From assembly GCA_013239625.1 (NCBI GenBank), contig MU054391.1, positions 7,099,095 through 7,163,094 on the forward strand: 64,000 bases of DNA, read 5' to 3'. Shown one piece after another: positions 35,144-48,071 of the stretch. The DNA is from Lama guanicoe. Its lineage: Eukaryota. Both the position numbers and the translations under genes were made by a program. The notes beneath the pieces are model-generated. The model saw nothing but the letters and a program-made list of their open reading frames with translations. It was not told the DNA's origin and made no database searches. Numbering within the stretch: position 1 is the first letter of the stretch; each line of letters opens with the position of its first letter.

Positions 35144-38100
35144 CCGGCCTGGCGGACTCGAGGGGCGGCCGCGGGACCCCGGGACGGAGGGACCAGCTCC
35201 ATCCCGGGAGGATGGGTGGGTAATACCTGGGCAGGGAGCAGCTCCAGGTTAGTGCTAGGGACTTTTACGAAACTGTTCCCTTGGCGGGGTTTAGGATTTC
35301 TGCTTTGTTGTTGAGGAAACTGAGGCTCAGGGAGGTTGACTTACATGCCCAAGGTCACACAGCTGCTGGGCGGCAGGCTGAGCCCGGGTTGGAATCCCGG
35401 TTCTCAGATTACAGTGTGGTCCCCCTCTGCCAGCCTCCGTGCACCTTTCCTACAGCCTAATGGGTGCGAGGCCTTCCATCAGATACGAATAATTTTATTT
35501 TGGAGAGGGCTCGGCAAATATAGGATGCAGTTTTTTGGAAATAACTTTGAGTGCCATAGAGCTAGAGTGTGTCTAGATTGACTGGCTGATAATTTGTGGA
35601 GGGTGGTTGCTGAAGAAAGCAGATGTCAACCCAGTGTGTGACCACCAAACAGGAAGCTTGACTGAAACAACTGGTGGTCTTGATCTGGAGAGTTTTTAGA
35701 AGCTGGTAGTTTCCCCAGGAGAGTAGGAGTGTTTTGGAAAGATGAACTTACGAAAAACGTTTTTATGGGAGGGGTGCTGGGTGGTGGTTGCAAACTTTAC
35801 TGTTGATCGCCTGTCCTATAATATGGGTCTTAAGAATTAAAGTAAGCAGTTGAGGAATGTATAGTGATCTAGAAATGAATGCACACTTAAGCTTCTTCCC
35901 CCCTAGAAATGTTGGGAGATCTGAGTTTGCCTTACTGTTCTGTATTTTGATAGTGCTTTATGTTTGCCAGTATCTGTTTTATTATGCAGTGTTTTTGTGT
36001 ATGGGTGTGTGTTTCTGAGCTTTTATGCCTGATTGTGTGTCGGGCCATGTGGTGTTGGGGGTCCAGGCCTGGACAGAGCCCCCGACTGGAACTTAGTGGG
36101 TCTGGAGGCCCCGGGCTCTTCTCAGTTTTGCCTCAGCTTGCTGTGGGGCCGTCCCCAAGTGCGTTCACCATCCCAGGTCTCAGTCATCAAAAATCTTAGC
36201 TCTCTGGAAAAGAACAGCTGCAGGGGGCAGACCTGCTGAGTCTTGTTCCACGGGACTCAGGTGAGGGACTGATGGATCTCCTGGTCCTGGGGGGACCTCG
36301 GAAAGGCTGAGCCGAGGTCTGCCCTGGAGGGGGTGCGGTGGCCAGCCTGGCGAGAAGGATGTCTGTGGGACAGCCCTCTGTCCAGTCAGGTGCACTCAGG
36401 GCCCAGGACCAGAGAGGTGGAAAGATATTTCAAAAAAGGGCCCGAGGCCACCATGGCCTTTTGGGGACCCAGGCTGGTGCGGAGAACTTGGCTTTGAGTT
36501 GGCACTTACTGTAACTTGGGCCAAAGACAAATTCTCTTGAGTGTCGGTTTCTTCATCTCTGAGATGAAGAGATAATCACACCCCACTCACAAGTTACTGT
36601 CAAAGTTAGCTGAGATCTACAAATGCCCCTGGGACAGAGTGGGGGCTGTCAGTGACTCATTGTGGTCATTGTTACTTTAAGGGAGGAGCATTAGGTGCCA
36701 GTGAGGAGGGCTATTCGAAGGGTTGGGACAGTCCTGCCTAACGCTGGTCTCTGGGCTGTCAGTCATCCTTGTGGGACCCCCTCTCACACTGTGAGTTGGC
36801 ATCTCTCGGGTCCTTTCTCTTCTGGCGTTGAGGTCTAAAGTGTCCCTGAAGAAGATGGACTGATTTGGCAAGCGTGCCCCTGGGGATCGGTGAGGGCTGT
36901 GGGCCTATTGGCTGGGGCGGCTCTTGGAGCATTTTGAGGCACACCTCGAAGACAGTGATCACGTTAGGACACTGAGGCTGGTGGTCTGACCTGTTTGCAT
37001 TCAACTTCCTCAGCGTGACCGAGGCGAGGTGTGAGCACCCCGGGCTGTCAGGGTGCTGAGTGATGGCAGTGTCAGCGTCGGGGCGAGTTCCCCGGGGAGG
37101 CGGGGGCAGAGTCCCACCTGTTACATTTCACTGAACCCTGGCCTGGGTCATTACGGGCTAAGCCCACTCACTTAAAATCTGAATGGGATTTGTGAAAAGA
37201 GTTTGGGCAAAGCTGCAACAAGCCCATCAACGATTTGACACGTTCTTCATGTATAGATGACTTCAAGTGCCTATTTGATGGCTGTTTCCTGAAATGTGAG
37301 CTTTCTAAGCTGTGAGCGGAGGTGTGAGCGGAGGGTCTAGAGACAGAGCAGGGGCCCGATGCCTGCTTTTGTTCGTGGCAGCAGGTCCAGCTTTGGGGAC
37401 ATCTTGGGCTGGGCTCCTGGGTGGGGACTGCACCAGGGCCCTGAGCCGTGAGGCGGGGAGAGCCTCTTGCCGGTGGTGGGGGCTGTCAGGGAGAATGTGG
37501 CCCCCCTTCCTGTGTCCTCCTCACTTTCCTGTGCTCCGCTACTTCTTCCTCTTCCCATGTCTCCCCCCTCCCCCTTTTATTCAACAAACAAGTGAGCAGC
37601 ATCTGGGGCTGGGGTAGGGACTGGGTTGTGAGCAGCTGGAATATTTTGAGGGATTTGAGATTCTGCCTGCGGGGACCCCTGGGAATGGACATGGGTCTGT
37701 GTTTTTTACCACTCAGCTTGGGACCCACTGGTCTGAAGATCAGTTTAGTAGATCCAGAGTCATTTTTTAATAAAACAGAATAGAAAAGAAAACACCAGGC
37801 CGGGACATACTGATCTTAGGTTAGGTCTTGTTTTGTGAAACTTGTTTTAGCTGTGTTGTGTGCGTGTGTGTGTGAGTGAGCTCGGGGGGGTGGGGGGCAG
37901 AGAGGTGTGTGGGACAGAGTGCCTGGTGTGTTGCGGGGGCCTTCGTGGGGCAGGGGTTGGCCCAGGGTGGTTGTGCCATGTCCACTGTCCAGCTGGAGGC
38001 CCAGTGGGAGCCAGTGGACGGGGCTCCATCTGGAGAGGCGCTTTTCCACGCTGGTGATCATAACTGCATCTCTCAACCCACTGAGCAGGTTTGCGATTCT

Positions 38101-41100
38101 CACAACCACTTTTTGCTAGTGCTTGAATGCTGCGCTTTCCAGAAAAAAGCTGTGGGCTGTTAGAGCAGAGTCAGGGCTATGCATTGACTGTCTGTTTGCT
38201 CACAAGGCCGACTACGGGCGCTGCATTCGAGACACACGTCTGGCCCGGGTCTCTGGGGGCACAGACCAGCGTGCTGACACCAGGTGCCTTGTTCTCAGAA
38301 GGCTCGGTGTCTCCTTGGACACACATGTTCTTTCTTTTTGGTGAAATCTTCCTCTGCATTCACTGGTCTCACTAGGCACACACCTCTGGTTTACAAAGGA
38401 CAAGACAAGCAGTGAGGGTCATGGGATAACTGGGCACCAGCAAGGGAAGCCCCCCGCAGCCGCTTTGGCCAGGGAAGTTCCTGCCGGTGAACCCTGCATC
38501 ATCCCCAAAGAGGCCCAGTCTCGGGGTTGCCTTTGGGCTCAGGTTTTTGGACAAGATGGAAATGTATTCCCAGCCAACTGGAATCTAAGCATACCCATCT
38601 GGTATTTCTGTGTTGATTTTAACCAGTGATATTCTTTGCCCCTGTCTCTTTGGGAAGGTGCAGTTTAAATAATTGGCATATACAAAGCACTGGCAGGCTG
38701 CAGCCTTAATTCACAGTCCAGCTCTGCACTTGGAGAAGTGCTTTACACGTGTACCACCTCACAGCAATCCTACCCACTGGGCGCTGTTGTTATCTGCTAC
38801 CTGTTTTATAGATACGAAATGAGATGCCCAGAGGTTAGTAACTTGCTCATGGTCATGGGTTAGTGGGTGGTGGAGCTGGGGTATGAACACCAGCCAGCCA
38901 TCTGACTCCAGAGCCCGCATCCGCCTCCAGAGCCCGCATCCTTACCCCCTGAGCTGTAGGCTGCGCGCTTGAGCGTCCAGGTGCTATTTAGTCCCGCCGT
39001 GAGTTGCTGGGTGGAGTGGGCAGGGGTCCTGCAGAAGTCAGGGTCACAAAAGCAGGGCTTTCTTTTTGACCAAGACACACACCTGGAGGGCGGGCCCTGG
39101 CAGGTGTGTAAAGAGAGGCTGCAACACCCTGTGCTCTGAGTAATGAGTTACACAGTCAAGAGCCAGGGGACTGGGGTCTCTTTTGCCCAGCACATTGGCC
39201 ACAGTGCAGTTCAGACGCCTTCATCCCCCACTGCCAGTGCCTTTTGTGCTCCTTGGCAGGGGCCTGAGAACACTCATCACATGGGATTATAAGATCCAAG
39301 TGTTGCAAAATCCCAGCACTGGAGGAGCGGTCACCCATCTGACCTTCCTGACCAAAGCAGGAGCTCCCTCCCCCATCATATCCTCCTGTCTCCGTGACGG
39401 GGAGACCCCGACACTGAGCAGGCCAGAGTTTCCCATCCCTTACCCAGTTCTCTGAGGTCATTAAAAATTAATGCTCGAGTCATACCTGCACATATAAAAA
39501 CAAAACCCCGAAACCAATACTGTGGAAACATTTATGATGAAAAGTGAAGGGTCTCCTCCCCTTCCCCAGACCTGGTTCTGGGGTGAGCCTGTGAACCTTG
39601 TTTGGTGTGTAAACCAGCATTTTTTTCTGCATATCAGAATATACATAAATGTAATTCTTAAAACTGGGTTCATAATTGAAATATTTTTTGTACTTTTTTT
39701 CATGCAACATATATACCTTTTCATGTTAGCATTTGTGGACAGTATTTCCCTCTCCCTTTTTTTGTTTTAATACCTTAATGATACTCAGCTATACGGTGTG
39801 GCTGGCCCATAATTTACTTACCAAAGTCCTACAGGCATTTGTTTCTAATTTTCCCTGTTATCATCAATGTGGTGATTACTGTTTTATACATGGATTTTAT
39901 AGCAGAATTGCTGGGGTTTGCCGGTCGGTGCAAAAAAGTGACAGGTATTTCTGCAATGCTTACCCTGTTTGTGACCCCACCAGCAGTGAGTGATGAGCAT
40001 TTGTTTTTCCCCCTTTCTTACCAACCCTCGGGTTTTTATAAAATGCTTTGATTTGGGACCAACTGATAGGCCTCCTTTGATTTGTGTATCTTAAATTAGG
40101 AATAGGATTGGATGTTTTCTCATTTATCATTGACCAAATGGACTTCTTTCTGAACTTGCTCTCTTTTTTGCCCACTTTTCTATTGGGTTGATCTGAGGCC
40201 ATCTGAGATTGACCTTAAATATTCTGGAGGTGGATGGTTTTAGTCAAACTGCGGGGTTATGAGAGCTATGGCTGGGGTTTTGCATTTTGGCAGAAGTTCC
40301 AAGAAAACTATGCTTCTTGGCAATTTGTGAACCCTGGAGATGCCAATTTTGGATGAAATGCTGATTTTTCTGATGTAACAATGTGGTGAGAAGCCATGAG
40401 ACCTCCATTACCTTATCCTGATGAAGTGTTAGCAGCGCTGCCCCTCTGGAAGCACAGGAGACTGGGGTGACTAATGCTCTGTGCAGGGGGTCATGCAGAT
40501 TAGCCTCAGTGTGGGGTCTCCTGCCATGTGGGGGGCCTTGAAGGAGAAGAAAACCTCCCATGCCCACTCTTACTCTTTCCTGCGTGTCTGGAGTTGTTCT
40601 GGGCACCCACTTTCCTGACTCACTTCTGTGGGGTAACATACCCCTCAATCCCAGACGTCACTCCCCACACCTCCTGCCAAACCCCGCTTCCTGCCGGACG
40701 GCCTAGAGCTAGCTCGCCCCTCGTCTGGGCCTGAAGCTGAGCTGCACCAGGCAGGAGCTCTGGATTTCTCTGACCTGCTTCATTCAGAAAGGGCTTGGGT
40801 GCAGGGACTCCAGGGCCTGCTGGTTTTGCTGCTTCATCACTTTTGTCAGGAAGTATGTCTCACCTGCAAGCTTTTAAAAAGCATCTTGAGCTTTTCTAGT
40901 GAGTTTTCTTACTTTGGACCAGAGCATCTCCTGAAGAACACTGGTGCACCAATAAAGACCCCGAATGCCCGAGGGTATCGATGGACACATGCGTTTGCTG
41001 TTTCATGTAGGCAGCCTCTCCAAGCGTTCGTTCAGGGCGATCGGACTAATGTGTGGAGCAGCTGATGGGCTCACTCCGTCCAGACCCGCCGAGAGGGAGG

Positions 41101-43666
41101 GACCTGCCCCCACGTGTGCAGCCAGCGCACCAGGGCTGGGGGCGACACCTAGGCACCCGGACTTTCAGTCTGGCGTTCTTTTCCCTGCATCACACTGCAC
41201 CTAAGTCATACTTCCTTTTTGGTCATTTTTGTGTAATTTATCACCCTTGCCAGCTGATAAATATCAACGTGCAACACTCCAAAAAAAAAAAAAAAGACTT
41301 CCTCTTTGCTGTTTATATGAATAGCAAGAGAAAGTTGTATTATTTATAAACCAATTTCCTTTCACTGTAAATCTTATTAGTCTGTTTTTGGGATTTCTTA
41401 GAAATTGTCTTTTTTTTTTTTTTTTAATAATGCTTCGTGTGAAAACCAGCGTTTGTCCCATAACCTCCTGGGTGAATGTGATCTTCGCCAGCCCTGGAGC
41501 AGCACGATGTTTATGTTTTAACTCAGGGCTGGTCAGGCCTCAGATTTGAACCCCAGACATGGAGACACAGTCTGGAATGTGCTCAGAGAGCAGCCGGGGG
41601 TCCCCCCACCCATCCTTCTGAGGCCCAGCTGGGGGGCTGACAGCGCCTTCCTAGAGTGTTCGGCCCAAGGGGCAGTCACATAGCTATCCTCAGATGGCCG
41701 GTGACCACTGGGAAAGTGAAGAATGAGACATCCCCAGGCTTCAGGGAACTCCGGGGAGAACCCCAGGGAGGAAGATTTTGCCCTGCTCTTGAGGAAGAAT
41801 GGTCCTAAGTGACTAAAAGCCAGTGGCTTGAATACCCCCAGTGAACAAAATGCTCGCTCTCCCAAGGCACATCCTTTTGTTTTCAGAAAGGTTATAAATG
41901 GACATCCATATTCTGTTGTTCAGTCACTGAGCCAGTTAAGATATAAGACTTTCAGCCTCTCAGGGACAGAAATTAGTCTTGGTTGGTGCCACGCCCAGTG
42001 CCAGGCACAGGTGAGCATTTGTGTGATCTTCGGCCTGCAGGAGTAGATGTGTGTAGGAAGTGCAGGTCAGTATTGGCCAGTCACTCACCAGTCCTCAGAG
42101 CCCACTTTCGGACATTTAAGGTAGATCTGGATAAAGAGGAGATTTTATCCATGGATATTCAGTTTAGATTTTACTAGTAAAATCTCTGTGCCCTTTTTCT
42201 ATGTTAACTCAAAAATACTGAGACCTTTTTCGGAGCTACAGGGTCCCTGGGGCTTGCCCCCGACTATTAGCTGGTGGCAGGACTCAGCCAAGTCTGTGCA
42301 CCTGCCGCGAGCACCTTCTGCTCGCCTACGTGTGCCACCTGGAGATGTCAGAGAGTGAGGCTGGTCTGCTGCTCCTGGACTGACCAGCCAGCACAGGCCT
42401 GGCTCTGGAGCAAGCGGACCAATTTCCAAACCAGACTCTGGCTTAGGAGAAGAAAATAAAACTATTGGAATGTACCACAGTAGACAATTTTGGCCTCACC
42501 GTTGGAGAAGTGAATATATTTTCAAATGCTGTGCATTATACCTTCCTGCATATTTAATTTAAAGTCTGTGTGTGTTGTCCCCTCTGTAGGTCAATCTGTC
42601 AGGTCACACAGGAGGTCTGCAGGATTGTCACACTATTGGATATCGACTTAACCTGCATTTGAATAGTGCTTTTATGCCCTATCCTGCTCAAGTTATATAA
42701 ATTCTAAAGCGCAGTTTCTTTCTCTGCAAAATGAGAAAATTATATCCTTTGCATCATTATGGTAAATGCGCAAGCAAACTTAAACACTTTTTTTTCTCAT
42801 CACCATCAGGACAGTGTACCAGCCTTAATGGTAAGTGAAAATGGACAGTGGATTTACAAGGTTGTGTCTCGTGGGTTTGCTGCCATGATTATTTTTGCCT
42901 GGTGTTGCCAGGAATCTCAGTGGGTGTTTAGAAGTCTCTCAGATGGACTCCTTTAACCCAGGTGGCTGGCAGGCTGGACAGTGATCGGTGATTGGCTGGT
43001 GTCTGCCTGCCCCGCAGAGCACTGGCTGTTGGCTGTCTGGATGTGTAGTCCTGCTGCTTACAGGAACATGGAGCTGGAGGCCTCGCCCCAGGGGATGTGG
43101 GGTTGGTTTTCCAGTCAGGAAGCCCCCTGCCTGTGCCTTAAGCCCTGATTCCACAAGTGGCCCTTCGGCACCTGCTGAGAGTGCAGAGGTGACACTCGGT
43201 GCGGTGCATGGGGCCAGCTCGCTCCAGGAAGTGATGACTCATTCTGAGCACAAAGTGCAGAAGATGTCTTCAGATCACAGACCCAACAAAGGAGGGGGTT
43301 TTGACCTTTGGCTCCTTGTGGGCTGTGGGGGATGGTTTTGGATTTAGCAGAATTCTGAGAGGCCCTGAGGAGGTATAGCTGAGGGAGGTTGTGAATACTT
43401 GTGAAAATGTCACACCCAGAGCCAGTGACTGAGTCTGACTTCTCTCGTCACTTGCCCAGGGGAGAAATGATAATAATAATTCACTTTCGGCCTGTGCCTT
43501 CCAAGGGCATGTCTTATTCCAAAGTCATCATCTTGTATAAGGCTTGCGATGACCGATGACCAATGACCGATGACTCCTGGTGAGGCCTCATCTGAGAGGC
43601 TGTGTGAACTCCTTGCCCCCAGGCACAGAGCTGGAGGAAGACAAGCACATCCTGGCCCCTGACTCC

Positions 43667-44120
43667 TGCCCACTGGAAAAAGAAAACACAAAAAACAAAA
43701 CCACACAACCTAACAGTTGAGAATTACATTTATTCGGTGTCCTTACTGAGACTTGTAGCCTGGGAAGACTGCCTCTCAGATTGCTCTGGGGGGCCTTTCC
43801 AAAGAAATGAGGGAGAAGCCAGGATATAGATAAGTTTTTGTTGAAAAAAGTGTAGTCGAACATCAAAAGATTACTGCTAATCATGAAAAACCGGACATCT
43901 CAAGTGAATGACTTTAGTGCTTTCTGTGTATGGGAAGGTGCAAGAGTCTGGGCTCGCTGGGATCATTCCTTTGATCCATCTTGACTGTCTATAACCCTTC
44001 TTGTTTTTCTCCATCCTGAATCCCGCTCAGGGCCCCCTGCAGCTGCCTGGCTGATGGCTTGATAGCGGGCTGTGTTGGTTGTTTACTCAAATGGCAGGCA
44101 ACATTTTTTTTTGGTCCACA
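43667..44120. mobile_element. ERV1-class solo LTR (MER41-like family of cetartiodactyls; subfamily uncertain)
   Basis: TG...CA termini (tgcccactgg ... ggtccaca). Body acaacctaacagttgagaatta...cctctcagattgctctg...tttagtgcttttctgtgtatgggaaggtgcaagagtctgggctc. Flanks actcc/cctcc are a possible TSD. Confidence 0.7.
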
Positions 44121-46895
44121 CCTCCAATTTTGTGCAGTTTCTATTTTTTTTTAAGACTCGGATCCTTTATCTTTCCTGGCCTGTTTGTTTTCCAGAAGTG
44201 CATTACGAGCCAGTTATCTGAACTGTTTGCAGTGAATTTAGTTTGGGGCATTGTCTTCACGAGTTTTATGTTCCTGAGAGGGAACCATTCCCATTTTCTT
44301 AATTTTTTCTAATTGTTGAATTTTTGCGCTGTCCCCTCATACCAGACTTAACCAAGCTACTTTGGAGGTGGTGGGTGTGCCTCGGTGTCTGCAAGTCTGG
44401 GATTTTTTGTGATGTGACCAAAAAATCCCCAAAACAAACCCTTCTCCCCTATACCCACCTCCCAGAAAAGCCCAAACCAAAAAAACCAACAACTCCAAAC
44501 CCCTTGTTTCTTGCTTGGGGTGAAGACTTGATTTCATGATGTTGCTATGACCAGGTCATAGAAGCATCAACTTAGAGCCACGTTCTTGAATTCCCTTTAC
44601 AACCTCTTTGTCAAATCATGGTTTAGATTCTGTGAATACTCCCGCTGATGGGGAGCTCACTCCCTCTGATAAGTCAGTCAATTCTCTTTGAAGCTTGGTC
44701 TCATAAATTGTGCCTTCCACCCTGGCCCCGGGACTGTCTCTCAGCAATTCCAACTTTAATTATGATCTCTGATCGTCTGTATAGCCCTAGATACCCTGTA
44801 AACACGTGCTGAATGTTAGCCGATTTTTAGAACTAGATGGTTGCCATCTGTCTTGCTAAAGCCACACTGATTTTTCTTTAACTGGGCCTCACCCATTTAT
44901 ACCAGTTGTAGCCAGCAAGATGGGGTGGCAGCTCTATGCCAAGGAGGACGGGAGGCCGGGGGTTCAACCCGGGTTCCTGTCCTCACTGCTGTTTACTGGT
45001 CATGCTATCCTGAACATCACACAAGCTTGGCGCCCCCGTTCCTCGTCGGAAGTGGGGTGGTAATGCTGGTTCTGAGTGCTGCACAGGGCTGCTTGATTTG
45101 TGTCACATGAGCCCACCTGTGCAGAGGAGTTCTGTGTATTGCGAAGTGCTGAGTAAATGTGTTGTGGAGGCTGTGTGGCCTTTTGCCTGGGATTCAGGAA
45201 AAAGTGATATTAGTGATTAGCGACAAGTTAAGGATTTGCAGCAAAATTGGGATGGGCCTTGGGTCTGATGCTTTGGAATATTCCTTTCTCTCTAAAGTTG
45301 GTAGGAACCCTTTTTGGTTTTTCCAAACCCATCTAAATCTTCTTCATAATCATCATTTTAACTTCTCGCCACCAGTAATTATCCTGGAGTTGCCAGTGAC
45401 TGTGTCAGGTAAGAAGCTGGCTCATCTAGGCTGCACCCACAGCTCCCCAGGGAGCCTCACGAAAACAAGCATCAATCTCGGGGGGCTGGGCCGACAGACA
45501 GCAATTTAATGTCACCCGGCAGTAGAATTTGTTTTCTCAGAGAGCCTGAAATTCTGTTTCGTTCTGGATGTCCTTTCAAAGATGAACCACGGGTTCGCCT
45601 TTGCTGACACTGGAGTATGGTCAGGTTCTCTTTCATTTGCTTCTAGTACGTCTCCTCATTTCTCTTTATGTGACGACCTGCCTGCTTATTCGTCATTAGA
45701 ACATTAGACGATTGTGCACGCCCGTGTGGTCTGACAGCCCTGAGGCCATCTGTGTCCTGGGTAAGTGGAGCCCCCTACGACACGGCTCAGCATCCTCCCA
45801 CCTCCCACTGCTCCCGTCTGGTCACCAGGAGTAAGTAGGCTTCCGCGGAGCCCTAGTCCTTCGCTCTGGGTGCGCATTTGCTTCGATGTGGTGAGAGTAG
45901 GACGCAGGCCGCTTTGATGGCACATCCTCTGTTTCCATCAAACCAAAGCAGAAGTGTTCCAAACCAATAAAGCATTTTCACTTTTTGGAAGAAGTATAGA
46001 TTTAATTCAGAGGTACCTAGCTTACTTAATAGATGGTTATTTGAGATTAAGCTCCTGGCAAACGCTGGAGAATGCCATCCAAGGCAGCCTGGGAAGTAGT
46101 TAAAGAAATCGTGGCCACGTGTGGCTGCAACATTTCCTGGGTCCCTGGGACAGGACGGGCGCCACGTGAGGAGCCGGGTGCCCAGAGGTGAGGAGGCACC
46201 TCCCTGTCCTGAAGGAGGGCAGGCAGCTTGGAGGACGAGGTCTCTCCTTGTCACTTGACAAATGACAATCTGCGTTCATCAAGCAGCCGTCCAGGATGAG
46301 AGGCATTCCCTGAACCGGAGGGCCCAGGAGGAGTCCAGTTCTCAAAACAGTGAGCTATTTGGGCGTTTAGATGAACCAGGTACCCTGACATGCAGACGAG
46401 GACACGGAGGCAGCAGTGGGAACACAGATTAAGGAGTGATGGTAGAACTCTTTGCGGGACGTTTAGTTCTCAAAGAGAAGAAGGTGGAAAGAAAAGTAAA
46501 GGTGAGAAAGGTTTAACAAAAGTGGGGACGTTGAGAGGTGTGTTTGTTGAGACAGGTTTGTACTCTTTTGACCTCTGCTAAGGTGAGGCGTCTCAGCCCT
46601 GACCCTGCTCTGCCGGCCCCCTTGGAGGGGAGCAGCTCGGATCTGGACGCTGTCGGCCAGAGCATCACCATTGCATTTCCGGGGAGCACACCCACGAGAT
46701 TAAATGGAGAAACTGTTTTTTCCTAGATAACATGCCTTTGATAATAATCTCCTTGAGAGAACTAGAAAGGGAATTAAAATCCCTTTTATCTGCTTGCTTG
46801 ATAAATGAGTGGGACAGTGATTCCTGAGTTGACAAGGGGCTTGGCCTAAAATAATTCAAACACCTGTATTTAGCTTTAATAATTGATGCTCTTCA

Positions 46896-47024
46896 CATCT
46901 CACAGAGAAAAAAATGTGACAATGAGTGAGTATATGTCCATGAATGACTGAAAAATTGTGCTGAACACTGGAATTTGACACAACATTGTAAAATGATTAT
47001 AAATCAATAAAAAATGTTAAAAAA
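46896..47024 (+). mobile_element. Very short (129 bp) young L1 3' end with a perfect 18-bp TSD
   Basis: TSD AATAATTGATGCTCTTCA at 46878-46895 and 47025-47042. Insert ends ...acaacattgtaaaatgattataaatcaataaaaaatgttaaaaaa (AATAAA plus A tail). Target is TTT/AA. Confidence 0.9.
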
Positions 47025-48071
47025 AATAATTGATGCTCTTCAAGCTGAACACCCTGTTTATCATTAATGTTGTAGATAGGATCCAGGTGGGAACACACTT
47101 TTGGGTTTTTGTGTTCCGTGGTGTATTATCTGTTTGCGTCTAATACAAGCACTGAAGTGGATTCTAAGTTAGGGAAGGGTATCCGGAGAGACAGCGTTCC
47201 ACTGGGACTGAATAACCTTAGAAAATTCGTACTTTTCCAGGACGTCAAGCTAGAGGGTGTCACGCTTAAAAATTTATTTCCCTTTTTCTTAACCTGGGAG
47301 ATGCTCTGAAAATCCACAGCCCAGCTCAGAGAACCCCAGTTTGGTTGGAGGGTTTTTGAGTCTTGGCTCAGCTTTCCCGGAAAACCTTCTGAACTCGGGT
47401 TGTGGAATCCTGTTTTCAGTGGTAAATGAAGCCTTGTCAGGTGAAGAAGGTATTTCCTGCCTCATTCTGAGATTAAAATTAGTAGGTCTAGAAGTCATTT
47501 GGGATGGGGTGAGTGGAGAGCAGGTGTCTCAGTGCTGTTGGACTGGACGTGTGAACTGTTGTTTCCTTGTGCACGGCTTTACTTGTCTTTGGTTACTCTT
47601 GGGTCACAAAGGCACTTTCTTTAGTTTCCCCCTCGGTGCCTGCCGCCCTCACCCCACCGTGTCTTCTTGAACACCATGGCAGGGGGGCTGGCAGGGAGGA
47701 GGGAGGGAGCCCGCTGGCCTGGTTTCTTCACGTCAGTCAGATTAGCTTCTTACCTGATCCTTGCACTACACGTGGGACTGACAAAAGTGAAACTTGGGAA
47801 CTCGTGCCCAGCTGTGTATTTCTGTCCTCTGTATGTATTCGCCAGCAGGTGCTCCCAAGAGATCCTGGAGGAGGAGCAGGTAAAGGAGAGAGTGGCCTTC
47901 GCCTTCTGGCCAAGCCGCTGCCCGAGGAGACCTGGGCTCACCCTCTCCCTGCTCCTCCTGGGCCCAAGCCCTCTCCCAGAGCAACTTTTTAACCAAATAA
48001 TGTTCATCTTCCCAAAATGAATTTTAGTTAATGGCAGTGCTCTCCTTCACCCCACCTCACCTTGTAAAAAG

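Larger units (their letters stand above)
34320..35230. promoter_or_regulatory. LPIN1: CpG island, main LPIN1 promoter
   Basis: Sharp rise in GC and CpG content with multiple GC boxes (CCGCCC/GGGCGG). No canonical TATA box seen. Surrounds a consensus donor at 34814. Boundaries approximate. Confidence 0.9.

Noticed and set aside
34540..35202. Several overlapping Pro/Arg/Gly/Ala-rich ORFs
   Set aside because: Artefacts of stop-codon scarcity in the CpG island.
36574..36586. SRE-like ATCACACCCCAC
   Set aside because: Differs from ATCACCCCAC by an insertion and lies in a MIR remnant.
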